43,128 nucleotides of DNA from Bacteroidales bacterium (GTDB taxonomy: Bacteria; Bacteroidota; Bacteroidia; Bacteroidales; UBA10428). The notes beneath the pieces are model-generated. The model was given only the letters and a program-made list of their open reading frames with translations, did not search any database and was not told the origin of the DNA. Positions 18,820 through 28,880 of this stretch are shown piece after piece. Made by a program: the position numbers and the translations under genes. The stretch is taken from assembly GCA_030626465.1 (NCBI GenBank), contig DAOUOU010000001.1, positions 1-43,128 on the forward strand, read 5' to 3'. Position 1 is the first letter of the stretch, and each line of letters opens with the position of its first letter.

Positions 18820-20175
18820 TCAATAAATAATTCTCAGTGCGTCTTCGATTTTTGAACACTGCAAAACTTCGATTTTACTTCCATTATTTTCGGATCTTCT
18901 TTTTGAATAAACCGGGATAATTATCTTTTTAAACCCCAACCTTGAAGCTTCAGAAATTCGCTGCTCTAAACGTGAAACCTGTTTAAGTTCTCCTGTAAGA
19001 CTTATTTCAGCCGCCATGCATAAATTCTTTTCAATTGCTTTGTCGAAGTTTGAGGAAAGAATAGCACACGCGACTGCAAGATCAGTAGCAGTATCCTGCA
19101 CTTTCAAACCTCCTGCAATATTCAGGAAAACATCTTTTGATGCCAGATTAAAACCTGCCTTTCTTTCCAATACGGCCAGCAACATATTTAATCTTTTATT
19201 GTCGAATCCTGTTGATGTACGCTGTGGAATACCATAAACAGCTGAGCTGACCAGGGCCTGGACTTCTATTAAAAATGGACGCATGCCATCGATAGTTGAT
19301 GCAATGGATACTCCGCTCAAAGGATAATTGTTTTTGCTTAAAAAAATTTCAGAGGGACTTATGATCTCGTGCAGTCCGTCTGACTCCATTTCAAATATTG
19401 CCAGTTCGGATGTTGATCCAAAACGGTTTTTAACAGAGCGTAAAATACGATAAACATGCTGATGATCACCTTCAAATTGCAGCACAGTGTCAACGATATG
19501 TTCCAATACCTTTGGTCCTGCAAGCATACCATCTTTTGTAATATGTCCGATCAAAAAGATAGGAACATGAGTGAATTTTGAGAGTTTCAGAAGTTGAGCT
19601 GCACATTCACGAATTTGAGATATACTGCCCGGGCTTGATTCAATTGTCTCTGTATGCAGCGTTTGAATTGAATCAACTATCAGAAGATCGGGTTTTTCTT
19701 TTTCAAATTGATTAAACAATTGCTCCAGGTTAACTTCGCAGTAAACTTTACAGTTCGGATTTTTTCCAGCGATTCTCTCAGCACGAATTTTTAATTGCTC
19801 CGGACTTTCCTCTCCCGATACATACAGAACTTTCTTCTCTGATCCTAAAGCTATTTGCAATGCCAGTGTAGATTTACCTATTCCGGGTTCTCCCCCAATT
19901 AAGATTAATGATCCCGGTACTATACCACCTCCCAGCAATCTGTCGAGCTCGTTTATGCCACTTGGAAATCTTTCAATTTTGTCTGCTTTTATTTGTTCGA
20001 TTGAAATAGGCTGAGAAATGGCAGAATTTGAAACAACAGACAGTGTGGATTTTGGTTGTGCGATTTTTTCTTCGACATAAGTATTCCACTGGTTACAGGA
20101 AGGACAACGGCCTATCCATTTGGGTGATTCCACGCCACAGTTGCGGCATATATAAATAGTTTTTATCTTTGGCAT
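18820..20175 (-). CDS. radA: DNA repair protein RadA
   Basis: N-terminal zinc finger CRNCGVESPKWIGRCPSCNQWNT, Walker A GGEPGIGKST, KNRFG motif and a Lon-like C-terminal domain. Confidence 0.95.
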   Translation of the reverse strand: MPKIKTIYICRNCGVESPKWIGRCPSCNQWNTYVEEKIAQPKSTLSVVSNSAISQPISIEQIKADKIERFPSGINELDRLLGGGIVPGSLILIGGEPGIGKSTLALQIALGSEKKVLYVSGEESPEQLKIRAERIAGKNPNCKVYCEVNLEQLFNQFEKEKPDLLIVDSIQTLHTETIESSPGSISQIRECAAQLLKLSKFTHVPIFLIGHITKDGMLAGPKVLEHIVDTVLQFEGDHQHVYRILRSVKNRFGSTSELAIFEMESDGLHEIISPSEIFLSKNNYPLSGVSIASTIDGMRPFLIEVQALVSSAVYGIPQRTSTGFDNKRLNMLLAVLERKAGFNLASKDVFLNIAGGLKVQDTATDLAVACAILSSNFDKAIEKNLCMAAEISLTGELKQVSRLEQRISEASRLGFKKIIIPVYSKRRSENNGSKIEVLQCSKIEDALRIIY

Positions 20176-20189
20176 TTCGAACGAACAGA

Positions 20190-20672
20190 CTATAGTTTCT
20201 TCAGAATGTCAGATGTAGAATACCCATCTATTAAATCAATGGTTATAATTTCTCCCTTCTTTGCTTTAACAATATCAAACCCGACAATTTCTTCTGGCAT
20301 GTAATCTGCTCCCTTTATGAGTACATCAGGTTGAATTTGTTTAATAAGGTTATAGGGAGTGTCTTCGTCGAATAATACAATTTTATCTACAAACTGAAGC
20401 GAAGCGAGAACTAAGGCCCTTGCCTGCTCATCCTGAACAGGTCTTCTATCGCCTTTCAATTTGCGTGTTGAATTATCCGTATTCAGACCAACAATTAATA
20501 CATCGCCATGCGAGGATGCTTTTGCAAGATATTCGATATGTCCACGATGTAAAATATCAAAACAGCCGTTTGTAAATACAATTTTAAATTTTCGAAATCG
20601 CCAATAGGCAAGGGTTTTTTCAAGAGTGTCAGCTGCAATGATTTTATTAGTAACAGAATCAAATTTGTTCAT
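20190..20672 (-). CDS. rfaE2: D-glycero-beta-D-manno-heptose-1-phosphate adenylyltransferase-type cytidylyltransferase (RfaE domain II / HldC-like)
   Basis: 160 aa with FTNGCFDILHRGHIEYL (the HxGH nucleotidyl-transferase motif in the RfaE-II context) and C-terminal GYSTSDILKK. Confidence 0.8.
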   Translation of the reverse strand: MNKFDSVTNKIIAADTLEKTLAYWRFRKFKIVFTNGCFDILHRGHIEYLAKASSHGDVLIVGLNTDNSTRKLKGDRRPVQDEQARALVLASLQFVDKIVLFDEDTPYNLIKQIQPDVLIKGADYMPEEIVGFDIVKAKKGEIITIDLIDGYSTSDILKKL

Positions 20673-20777
20673 AATAAAATAATCAAGTAGTGTTCAGGTA
20701 AAATAACAAAGAAAATGTGGAGATATCTTAAGGAAAGTAAAGAAATATTCTGTAAAATGCGAGTTTTCTTGCTGAGA

Positions 20778-21128
20778 CTATTTAAGAGAATTTGTCTCTG
20801 TATTCGGGAAAATTTTTTTTGGTTTAAAAGTCTTTGCTTCTTCGAATTCCAAACTGGCATATGAGATAATGATGATTATATCTCCAACGGCAACTTTGTG
20901 TGTTGCCGGGCCATTAAGGCATACCTCGCCGGAGCCTCTTTTGCCTTTAATAACATAGGTTTCCAGGCGTTCACCATTGTTAATATTCAGAACTTGTACT
21001 TTTTCATTTTCGATTACATTAGCGGCTTCCATTAAATCTTCATCAATTGTAATACTGCCAACATAGTGCAAATTAGCTTCAGTAACTTTTACCTGGTGAA
21101 TTTTCGATTTAACTACCTCGATAAACAT
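20778..21128 (-). CDS. panD: Aspartate 1-decarboxylase
   Basis: [22 protein letters not shown] contains the Gly-Ser self-processing site; 116 aa. Confidence 0.95.
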   Translation of the reverse strand: MFIEVVKSKIHQVKVTEANLHYVGSITIDEDLMEAANVIENEKVQVLNINNGERLETYVIKGKRGSGEVCLNGPATHKVAVGDIIIIISYASLEFEEAKTFKPKKIFPNTETNSLK

Positions 21129-21140
21129 AACAATGCAAAT

Positions 21141-21980
21141 TTACGAAAATATATCAATATTATCTATTAGTCTTACACTTCCTGCATAGACTGCTATACA
21201 GGCAGTTAATGGTATAGTGGATGCAATTTCATCAACAGGATCGAGTGTAATTGAATTTACTATCTGAAAGTACTCAAGCTTTAGACTCGTATATTTATTA
21301 ATTCTTGCTTCAACGAACTTCTCTGCCTCTTTTACATTTCTATTTCTGAATTTTTCTTTCACCAGCAACAATGTTCTATAGATGGCCGGGGCGTCATTTC
21401 TTTCCTGATCTGAAAGCAGACTGTTCCTGGAACTCATAGCAAGTCCGTCTTTTTCTCTGATTATCGGGCATGCAACAATTTCAATATCATAATCATTAAC
21501 CAGTTTTTGTATTATTGCAAGTTGCTGAAAATCTTTTTTACCAAAATATGCACGATGAGGTTGAACTGCATCGAATAACTTGGTTACAATCTGAGCAACA
21601 CCGTTAAAATGTCCTGGGCGCATTTTGCCTTCCATGACATCACCCATCCTGCCAAAATTGAAGCGTCTGTTATCAGGACGGGGATACATTTCTTTATTAT
21701 CAGGAGAAAAGACAATCGTGCATTCTTCAGATTTCAGCAATGCATAATCACTTTTAAAATTACGGGGATAATTTTTCAAGTCACTCTTATCATCAAACTG
21801 AGTTGGGTTGACGTAAATGCTTGATACGGTGATATCATCTGTAATAACAGACTGTTTTATTAATGAGAGATGTCCGGGATGCAGGGCTCCCATAGTCGGA
21901 ATAAATCCAATGGTAGCACCTTGTTTCCGATATCTTGAAAGCACTAATTTAAGTCTTCCTGTATGTTTAATAATCTGCAT
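21141..21980 (-). CDS. panC: Pantoate-beta-alanine ligase
   Basis: PTMGALHPGHLSL (HxGH) and FGKKDFQQ motifs; 279 aa; adjacent to panD. Confidence 0.95.
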   Translation of the reverse strand: MQIIKHTGRLKLVLSRYRKQGATIGFIPTMGALHPGHLSLIKQSVITDDITVSSIYVNPTQFDDKSDLKNYPRNFKSDYALLKSEECTIVFSPDNKEMYPRPDNRRFNFGRMGDVMEGKMRPGHFNGVAQIVTKLFDAVQPHRAYFGKKDFQQLAIIQKLVNDYDIEIVACPIIREKDGLAMSSRNSLLSDQERNDAPAIYRTLLLVKEKFRNRNVKEAEKFVEARINKYTSLKLEYFQIVNSITLDPVDEIASTIPLTACIAVYAGSVRLIDNIDIFS

Positions 21981-22129
21981 GGATTGAATCTGGTAAAAAT
22001 AGTGAAATTAAAGATGAGTAATTTATTAAGTCCTGATTTTGAAAGGATCTGATCGATTGTATACAAGGGATTATAAAAATCAAAAACGAAGCAAGACAGT
22101 TGTATTTAGAGTATTGAAAATATTTTTTG

Positions 22130-22137
22130 TAATTTTG
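22130..22137 (+). promoter_or_regulatory. -7 promoter motif TAATTTTG
   Basis: Exact TAnnTTTG, 30 nt upstream of the ATG at 22167. Confidence 0.45.
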
Positions 22138-22166
22138 CAGGATATTTCGGAAATATAGAGAATCAG

Positions 22167-22994
22167 ATGGCTAGAAAAAAGATCTTATTTGTCTCGCAAG
22201 AAATCACTCCTTATCTTCCAGAATCAGAAATGTCAATAATAGGTCGTAATCTGCCTCAAGGAATCCAGGAGCGAGGTAAAGAGATAAGGACCTTTATGCC
22301 CCGGTATGGCTGTATAAACGAGAGAAGGAATCAATTGCATGAAGTAATTCGATTATCGGGGATGAACCTCATAATAGACGATACCGATCACCCGTTAATA
22401 ATCAAAGTAGCTTCAATACAAGCAGCCCGCATGCAGGTTTACTTTATTGACAACGAGGATTTTTTTCATCGCAAGTATATTTTCCAGGATGAAAACGATG
22501 TATTTTTTAATGATAATGATGAGCGTGCCATATTTTTTGCCAGAGGAGTTATCGAAACTGTAAAAAAACTGCAATGGTCGCCGGATCTTATTCATTGTCA
22601 GGGATGGTTTACCAATCTAATCCCTATTTATATAAAAAAATATTACGACGATGATCCCTTGTTCATGGATTCTCAGATTATAACATCAATATATGATAAA
22701 GAGTATGACCAGGCTCTTGATAAAAGGGTAAAGGAGAAGTTAACCTGGGATAAACTCGATGCCAAAGATCTGGATATAATAAATAAACCAACTTATGTCA
22801 ATCTAACAAAGCTTGCAATAAATTGTTCCGATGGTGTTATTTTTGGAAGTGAAAAAGTAAATAGTGAACTTATCGACTATGCATCAAAATCCGGACTACC
22901 CGTTTTGGAATACCAGACAGAAGATTTATATATTGATGCATACTCCGAATTTTACGATAAAATCTTAAGCGAAGTAGTTAATGGAGCTGAATAA
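22167..22994 (+). CDS. Short 'glycogen/starch synthase'-like protein (GT5 N-terminal half only)
   Basis: 275 aa. It starts KILFVSQEITPYLPESEM... where GlgA has ...SE..PF.KTGGL. The Rossmann-like N-domain pattern is present, but there is no C-terminal GT-B half. Confidence 0.7.
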   Translation: MARKKILFVSQEITPYLPESEMSIIGRNLPQGIQERGKEIRTFMPRYGCINERRNQLHEVIRLSGMNLIIDDTDHPLIIKVASIQAARMQVYFIDNEDFFHRKYIFQDENDVFFNDNDERAIFFARGVIETVKKLQWSPDLIHCQGWFTNLIPIYIKKYYDDDPLFMDSQIITSIYDKEYDQALDKRVKEKLTWDKLDAKDLDIINKPTYVNLTKLAINCSDGVIFGSEKVNSELIDYASKSGLPVLEYQTEDLYIDAYSEFYDKILSEVVNGAE

Positions 22995-24357
22995 CAAATT
23001 CTCACATCTTCAGTATTTATTTTATGCTGTTGTTTTCCCGATATACTTTCTCATACAATCTACTTCTTGTAGTGAAGAACCCTTAAGGGTTGGCATCGGA
23101 TTGCTACCGGATGACGAATTGCTAATTGTTGATACTACAACACTTCCTGTAGAATTATACACCATCAGGTCAGAAGTCATAGAAGCCTATTCAATAGGAT
23201 ATAGTCCGCTTGGGAGTATTAATGATCCGGTAATGGGGAAGTTAAAATCAGATTATATTACAGATATCATATATGACGGATTAGTAAGTTTTCAAGATAC
23301 TATTATTGAAGATAGCATTCAGGTATACGAAATGGAATTACAACTGTATTACGATTTTCTGTATGGGGATTCATTGGCAATTGATTTTAATGTTTTTGAA
23401 TTGGTCAAACAAATTCCTGACTATAAAAAAGCAGATTTCATGGTACCTCCCAGCATGGTAGATCCTGATCCAATAAATATTGGTTCGCCCGAAAGAATAA
23501 GTGATACCACACCTGTGTTCAGAGTAATGCTCTCACTGGACTACGCAAGAAGATTCATCGACCCCCAGATGGTAAACAGAGGTGTATACGAATTGGAAAA
23601 CTACCTTCTCTTTAAAGATTATTTTAAAGGATTTTATATTGCTGCAAGTTATATAAATTCTGAAGGCGGAGGAATTATCAGAGTTAACCACACCATGTCA
23701 AAACTGGTCCTGAGAACTCTGGAATGGAATGCTGATTCTCTGCGGTTTGATACAATAAGCAATCTTTTCAGTATGGGAAATCCTGTTTCTCTGGTTGATT
23801 CCGGAGGGATCCATTTAAACATGTATCATCATGTGATTAGTGAACAAGTTGGTATAGTTTTAGATGATACAACAAATAGTCAGGCCCTGGCATATACTCA
23901 GGCATTAACAGGTCCGCAGATTCTGATCGAGTTTCCAACCCTGGAAGACATACGTGAGGAATTTGGTTATAATGTAATTATAAATAAGGCAGAATTAATT
24001 TTACCTGTTAACCAGGAACTCTATGATGAAGTTTTTTATACCTCACCAAGTAACCTGGGACTGTATGATAATGTTACAAAATACTTTCTCATAGATGATG
24101 GCTTAATTCTAAATTATTTCGGTGGGGTGTTAGATAATGTTAATTACCAGTATATGTTTAATGTTGGTAATCATATACATGAATATATGCAGGGAGGGGC
24201 TGATACCTTATTTAGTAAAAAGTTTATTCTTTTTCCTTCAAAAGTTATATCTCCTGTTGAGCCCATCCAATCGACACCTGGAAGATTGGTATTGAATGGA
24301 GGGAGCTCGGATAATCCTCCACGCTTAAAAATTATTTACTCTGAAATACCTGAATAA
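22981..24357 (+). CDS. DUF4270-like lipoprotein
   Basis: Hydrophobic leader ending in QSTSC (lipobox-like). The position between the short glycogen-synthase-like gene and glmS matches the usual DUF4270 context as I remember it. It overlaps the upstream gene by 14 nt. Confidence 0.55.
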   Translation: MELNNKFSHLQYLFYAVVFPIYFLIQSTSCSEEPLRVGIGLLPDDELLIVDTTTLPVELYTIRSEVIEAYSIGYSPLGSINDPVMGKLKSDYITDIIYDGLVSFQDTIIEDSIQVYEMELQLYYDFLYGDSLAIDFNVFELVKQIPDYKKADFMVPPSMVDPDPINIGSPERISDTTPVFRVMLSLDYARRFIDPQMVNRGVYELENYLLFKDYFKGFYIAASYINSEGGGIIRVNHTMSKLVLRTLEWNADSLRFDTISNLFSMGNPVSLVDSGGIHLNMYHHVISEQVGIVLDDTTNSQALAYTQALTGPQILIEFPTLEDIREEFGYNVIINKAELILPVNQELYDEVFYTSPSNLGLYDNVTKYFLIDDGLILNYFGGVLDNVNYQYMFNVGNHIHEYMQGGADTLFSKKFILFPSKVISPVEPIQSTPGRLVLNGGSSDNPPRLKIIYSEIPE

Positions 24358-24359
24358 TT

Positions 24360-26195
24360 ATGTGCGGAATAGTCGGATATATTGGTGACCGGGAAGTTTT
24401 GCCTGTATTGATCAATGGTTTAAAAAGACTTGAATACAGAGGTTATGATTCTGCCGGGGTTGCTATTTTAGGTAAGAAACCTCATATATATAAATGCAAG
24501 GGGAAGGTGTCAGACCTTGAAAATCATTTAAAGGGAAAGGCTGATTCAGGGAATATCGGCATCGGGCATACTCGTTGGGCAACTCATGGCGAGCCAAATG
24601 ATATTAATGCGCATCCTCATAGTTCTTACCATGGAAAATTTATTATTATTCATAATGGTATAATTGAAAATTATACGCGTTTACGAGACCGCCTGACAGA
24701 AAGAGGAGTGAAGTTTAAAAGTGAAACAGATACAGAGGTTCTTGCGAACCTGATAGAATATATTTACGAGAATGGAAATGTTGATGCTGAGTTAGCAGTC
24801 AGACTGGCTCTTTCAAAAGTAGTCGGAGCCTACGGACTTGTTGTCATGTGTACTGATGAACAAGATAAACTGATTGCCGCAAGGAGAGGTAGCCCTCTTG
24901 TAGTAGGTGTTGGAAATGAAGAATATTTTCTGGCTTCTGATGCAACACCGATAGTAGAATATACCAAAAGTGTAATATACCTGAATGATGGGGATGTAGC
25001 AATTATTCGTAAGGAACAACTCATACTGAAAACTCTGCAAAATGAAGATTCTGCTCCGACAGTTCAACAATTGAGTTTTGATATTGGTGAAATTGATAAA
25101 GGTGGGTATGACCATTTTATGCTCAAAGAGATTTTTGAACAACCACATTCTATAGAAGATACCTTCAGAGGAAGAATTCGTTCTGAGGAAGCAGAATTGC
25201 ATCTGGGGGGCTTATACGATGTGATGCCAAAGCTTATTGATGCCAAAAGAATAATTATTATTGGTTGTGGTACTTCTTGGCATGCTGGCCTGGTTGGAGA
25301 ATACCTGTTTGAAGATCTTGCCAGAATTTCTGTAGAGGTTGAATATGCTTCGGAATTCAGATACAGAAATCCGATAATTCATAAGGATGATATAGTTATA
25401 GCTATCAGTCAGAGTGGAGAAACGGCAGATACACTAGCTGCTATTAAGCAGGCAAAAGAACAGGGAGCATTAGTACTTGGCATTTGCAATGTTGTGGGTT
25501 CTTCGATACCGCGTGAAACACATGCCGGGGTCTATACTCATGCCGGACCGGAAATTGGTGTAGCTTCTACTAAAGCGTTTACATGTCAGGTTACTGTCTT
25601 AACTATGATGGCAATTCTGATAGGACGTCAAAAGGGGTTGATTTCTGATGAGAAATACCGCTCATTGATCAAGGAATTTACTGAAGTTCCCGGCAAGATT
25701 GATAAAATCCTTACACACAGTGAGCACATAAAGAAATTAGCATCTTTGTATCAGAATGCTACAAATGCCTTGTATCTTGGCCGTGGATATCTTTTCCCTG
25801 TTGCTCTTGAAGGAGCTTTGAAGCTCAAGGAGATCTCTTATATACATGCTGAAGGCTATCCTGCAGCAGAAATGAAACACGGGCCTATTGCTTTGATAGA
25901 TGATAAGATGCCTGTGGTTATAGTGGCTACAAAAGATTCATCCTATGAAAAAATTGTAAGTAACATACAGGAGGTGAAGGCTCGCAATGGAATTGTGATA
26001 GCAGTTGTAACCGAAGGGGATACGGTCATAAGAGGCATGGCCGACCATGTGGTTGAAATTCCTGAAGTTGGAAATATTTTTACCGCCCTTTTATCGGTTG
26101 TACCACTTCAGCTATTTTCTTACTACATAGCTGTAATGAGAGATTGTAATGTTGATCAACCCAGGAATCTTGCCAAATCTGTTACGGTTGAATAA
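24360..26195 (+). CDS. glmS: Glutamine-fructose-6-phosphate aminotransferase
   Basis: N-terminal MCGIVGYIG (Cys nucleophile); two SIS domains with SQSGETADT; C-terminal KSVTVE. Confidence 0.97.
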   Translation: MCGIVGYIGDREVLPVLINGLKRLEYRGYDSAGVAILGKKPHIYKCKGKVSDLENHLKGKADSGNIGIGHTRWATHGEPNDINAHPHSSYHGKFIIIHNGIIENYTRLRDRLTERGVKFKSETDTEVLANLIEYIYENGNVDAELAVRLALSKVVGAYGLVVMCTDEQDKLIAARRGSPLVVGVGNEEYFLASDATPIVEYTKSVIYLNDGDVAIIRKEQLILKTLQNEDSAPTVQQLSFDIGEIDKGGYDHFMLKEIFEQPHSIEDTFRGRIRSEEAELHLGGLYDVMPKLIDAKRIIIIGCGTSWHAGLVGEYLFEDLARISVEVEYASEFRYRNPIIHKDDIVIAISQSGETADTLAAIKQAKEQGALVLGICNVVGSSIPRETHAGVYTHAGPEIGVASTKAFTCQVTVLTMMAILIGRQKGLISDEKYRSLIKEFTEVPGKIDKILTHSEHIKKLASLYQNATNALYLGRGYLFPVALEGALKLKEISYIHAEGYPAAEMKHGPIALIDDKMPVVIVATKDSSYEKIVSNIQEVKARNGIVIAVVTEGDTVIRGMADHVVEIPEVGNIFTALLSVVPLQLFSYYIAVMRDCNVDQPRNLAKSVTVE

Positions 26196-26204
26196 ATACT
26201 TATA

Positions 26205-27260
26205 TCAGCGATTGGCGTATTGCGTCTGATAATATTTTTCATACTCTCCCGTAGTAATATTCTTTATCCATTCTTCATTGTTTAGATACCAGTCGACAGT
26301 AAGCTCTAATCCCTGCTCAAAAGTAACAGATGGCTCCCAATGCAGTTCCTGTCGAAGTTTGCCAGAATCGATTGCATAACGCAGATCATGCCCGGCACGA
26401 TCTTTAACGTATGTGATAAGCTTTGCTGACAGGCCTTCAGCTTTGTCTAATTTCTTATCCATCACTTTGCAAAGCAAACGAATCAGATCAATATTTTGCC
26501 ATTCATTATTTCCGCCAATGTTATATGTTTCACCCGATGTTCCCCGGTGAAATATTAAATCAATGGCACGGGCATGATCAATCACATACAGCCAGTCACG
26601 AATATTTTCTCCTTTGCCGTAAATTGGAATATGTTTATTGTTTTTAATGTTGTTGATTGCAAGAGGAATAAGCTTCTCAGGAAATTGATTTGGCCCATAA
26701 TTATTGGAACAGTTGGAGATAATGACAGGCAGCTTATAGGTGTTGGAATAAGCGCGGATAAAATGATCGCTACTGGCTTTCGAAGCTGAATAGGGACTTT
26801 TAGGATCATATGGAGTTGATTCAATAAAATAGCCACCCTGATCTAAAGAACCATATACTTCGTCTGTTGAGATATGATAAAAAAGTCTGCCTTGAAAATT
26901 ACTCTTCCAGTTCTTTAAACAAGCATTTAAAAGATTCACTGTTCCGACCACGTTAGTAAAAACAAAATCTAATGGATTAGCTATTGATCGGTCAACATGA
27001 GATTCGGCAGCAAGATGGATTACACCATCGACTTTGTATCGATTGAATACAGAGTCTATCTCTGCAGGGGAAACAATGTCAATTTTTTCGAAACGATAGT
27101 TTTCTGCATCCTCCAGATCTTTAAGATTTTCCAGATTACCTGCGTAAGTGAGCTTGTCAATATTGACTATAAAATAATCAGGGTAGTTTGTTACAAATTG
27201 TCTGACAACATGTGAGCCAATAAACCCGGCACCGCCCGTTATCAATAAAGTTTTTTTCAT
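26205..27260 (-). CDS. rfbB: dTDP-glucose 4,6-dehydratase
   Basis: GGAGFIGSH, STDEVYG and YSASKASSDH (YxxxK); 351 aa. Confidence 0.92.
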   Translation of the reverse strand: MKKTLLITGGAGFIGSHVVRQFVTNYPDYFIVNIDKLTYAGNLENLKDLEDAENYRFEKIDIVSPAEIDSVFNRYKVDGVIHLAAESHVDRSIANPLDFVFTNVVGTVNLLNACLKNWKSNFQGRLFYHISTDEVYGSLDQGGYFIESTPYDPKSPYSASKASSDHFIRAYSNTYKLPVIISNCSNNYGPNQFPEKLIPLAINNIKNNKHIPIYGKGENIRDWLYVIDHARAIDLIFHRGTSGETYNIGGNNEWQNIDLIRLLCKVMDKKLDKAEGLSAKLITYVKDRAGHDLRYAIDSGKLRQELHWEPSVTFEQGLELTVDWYLNNEEWIKNITTGEYEKYYQTQYANR

Positions 27261-27266
27261 TTGCTG

Positions 27267-28298
27267 CTATTGTTTTGATTTTATGTTTCTGACTTTTTTC
27301 TCCCATTCCCATGCAGATCTTAGTGTATCTTCAAGTGAAGTTTCTGCTTTCCACCCTAATTCATCATTAGCGTATTTTGTATCTGCCCATACTTTTTCAA
27401 TATCGCCTTCACGACGGTCTACAATTTCATAATTTACTTTTATACCTGTGGCTTTCTCAAACGATTCAATAATCTCCATCACAGATACGCCTTTTCCGGT
27501 GCCCAGGTTGAAGACTTCGTAATTTGTTTTGTTTTTTGTTTTTAACAATCTATCTACCGCCACTACATGAGCTTTGGCCAAATCACCAATACAAATGTAA
27601 TCGCGAATGGCTGTACCATCCCCGGTATTGTATTCGTTACCGAATACTTTTAATTTGTCCCTTACTCCGGCAGCCGTCTGGGTAACAAAAGGAACCAGGT
27701 TCAGCGGGACACCAACAGGCGACTCACCAATAAAAGCGGTTTTGTGCGCTCCGATAGGATTAAAATAACGAAGGGAGATCGCTTTTATCGAAGAAATTGC
27801 ATGAATTGCATCCTGTATAATTTCTTCAGAGATCTGTTTTGTGTTTCCGTAAGGAGACATGGCTTTTTTTACGGGAGCCTTCTCAGTAACAGGAAGCATA
27901 TCAGGTTGACCATATACTGTGCAGGATGAGGAAAAAACGAAGCACGATGTGTTAAACTTTTGCATTGCCTGCAACAAATTGATAAGAGATTCTATATTGT
28001 TGTGGTAATATTCGAGAGGGATTTCGACTGATTCACCAACAGCTTTAAGTGCAGCAAAATGAATTATCGCATCAATAGAATGTTTTTCAAAAAGAGAGAA
28101 TACTTTCTTTTGATCGCACAGATCGAACTTCTCAAAGTCAGGTCTGACACCAGTTATATTTTCGATTCCGTCTAACACCTCAATCAGGGAATTAGAAAGA
28201 TTATCGACAATTATTACCTTGTAGCCATTCTCAATAAGCTCAACAGCAGTATGAGAGCCGATGTATCCAGTGCCTCCGGTAACGAGAATTGTATGCAT
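27267..28298 (-). CDS. galE: UDP-glucose 4-epimerase
   Basis: GGTGYIGSH, YGNTKQISE (YxxxK) and DGTAIRDYI motifs; 343 aa. Confidence 0.9.
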   Translation of the reverse strand: MHTILVTGGTGYIGSHTAVELIENGYKVIIVDNLSNSLIEVLDGIENITGVRPDFEKFDLCDQKKVFSLFEKHSIDAIIHFAALKAVGESVEIPLEYYHNNIESLINLLQAMQKFNTSCFVFSSSCTVYGQPDMLPVTEKAPVKKAMSPYGNTKQISEEIIQDAIHAISSIKAISLRYFNPIGAHKTAFIGESPVGVPLNLVPFVTQTAAGVRDKLKVFGNEYNTGDGTAIRDYICIGDLAKAHVVAVDRLLKTKNKTNYEVFNLGTGKGVSVMEIIESFEKATGIKVNYEIVDRREGDIEKVWADTKYANDELGWKAETSLEDTLRSAWEWEKKVRNIKSKQ

Positions 28299-28301
28299 TA
28301 T

Positions 28302-28877
28302 TTAAATTTTTTGAACTTTATTGTTTAGTAGCCTATATTTTTCCTTGCTTTCGGGACAAATGGCCTCTCCATTTTCATTGAAATTCAATTTATGCCCATA
28401 TTCACTGACCCAACCTGTTTGTTTAGCCGGATTGCCAATTACCAGAGCATATGGCTGTACATTTTGTGTAACTACAGCTCCTGCTCCAATGAGTGCATAT
28501 TCTCCAATTGTGTTTCCACATATTATCGTTGCATTAGCTCCAATTGTGGCTCCTTTCTTAACAAGGGTTTCCACATACTTATCACGCCTGATTATTGCAC
28601 TTCGCGGATTAATAATATTGGTAAATACCATGGAAGGACCCAAAAAGACATCGTCTTCGCAGATAACTCCTGTATATATTGAAACATTGTTCTGCACTTT
28701 AATATTCGACCCCAGAACGACATCCGGAGAAACAACGACATTTTGTCCAATATTGCATTTTTCTCCAATGATACAATTTGTCATAACATGCGAAAAATGC
28801 CAGATTTTCGTTTCGGATCCGATTTTACATCCTTCATCAATTACTGCAGTGGAATGTGCGAAAAAGTTATCTGCCAT
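28302..28877 (-). CDS. Left-handed beta-helix sugar N-acetyltransferase (WlbB/WbpD-like)
   Basis: Hexapeptide repeats throughout ([40 protein letters not shown]), a WHFSHV motif, and direct pairing with a DegT aminotransferase gene upstream. Confidence 0.8.
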   Translation of the reverse strand: MADNFFAHSTAVIDEGCKIGSETKIWHFSHVMTNCIIGEKCNIGQNVVVSPDVVLGSNIKVQNNVSIYTGVICEDDVFLGPSMVFTNIINPRSAIIRRDKYVETLVKKGATIGANATIICGNTIGEYALIGAGAVVTQNVQPYALVIGNPAKQTGWVSEYGHKLNFNENGEAICPESKEKYRLLNNKVQKI

Positions 28878-28880
28878 ACT

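Noticed and set aside
24357-24360. glmS ribozyme upstream of glmS
   Set aside because: Only 2 nt separate the DUF4270 stop from the glmS start, so there is no room for a leader RNA. That ribozyme is also a Gram-positive feature.
24813-25202. 129-aa antisense ORF inside glmS
   Set aside because: It is a shadow ORF opposite a highly conserved gene, and the product has no recognisable features.
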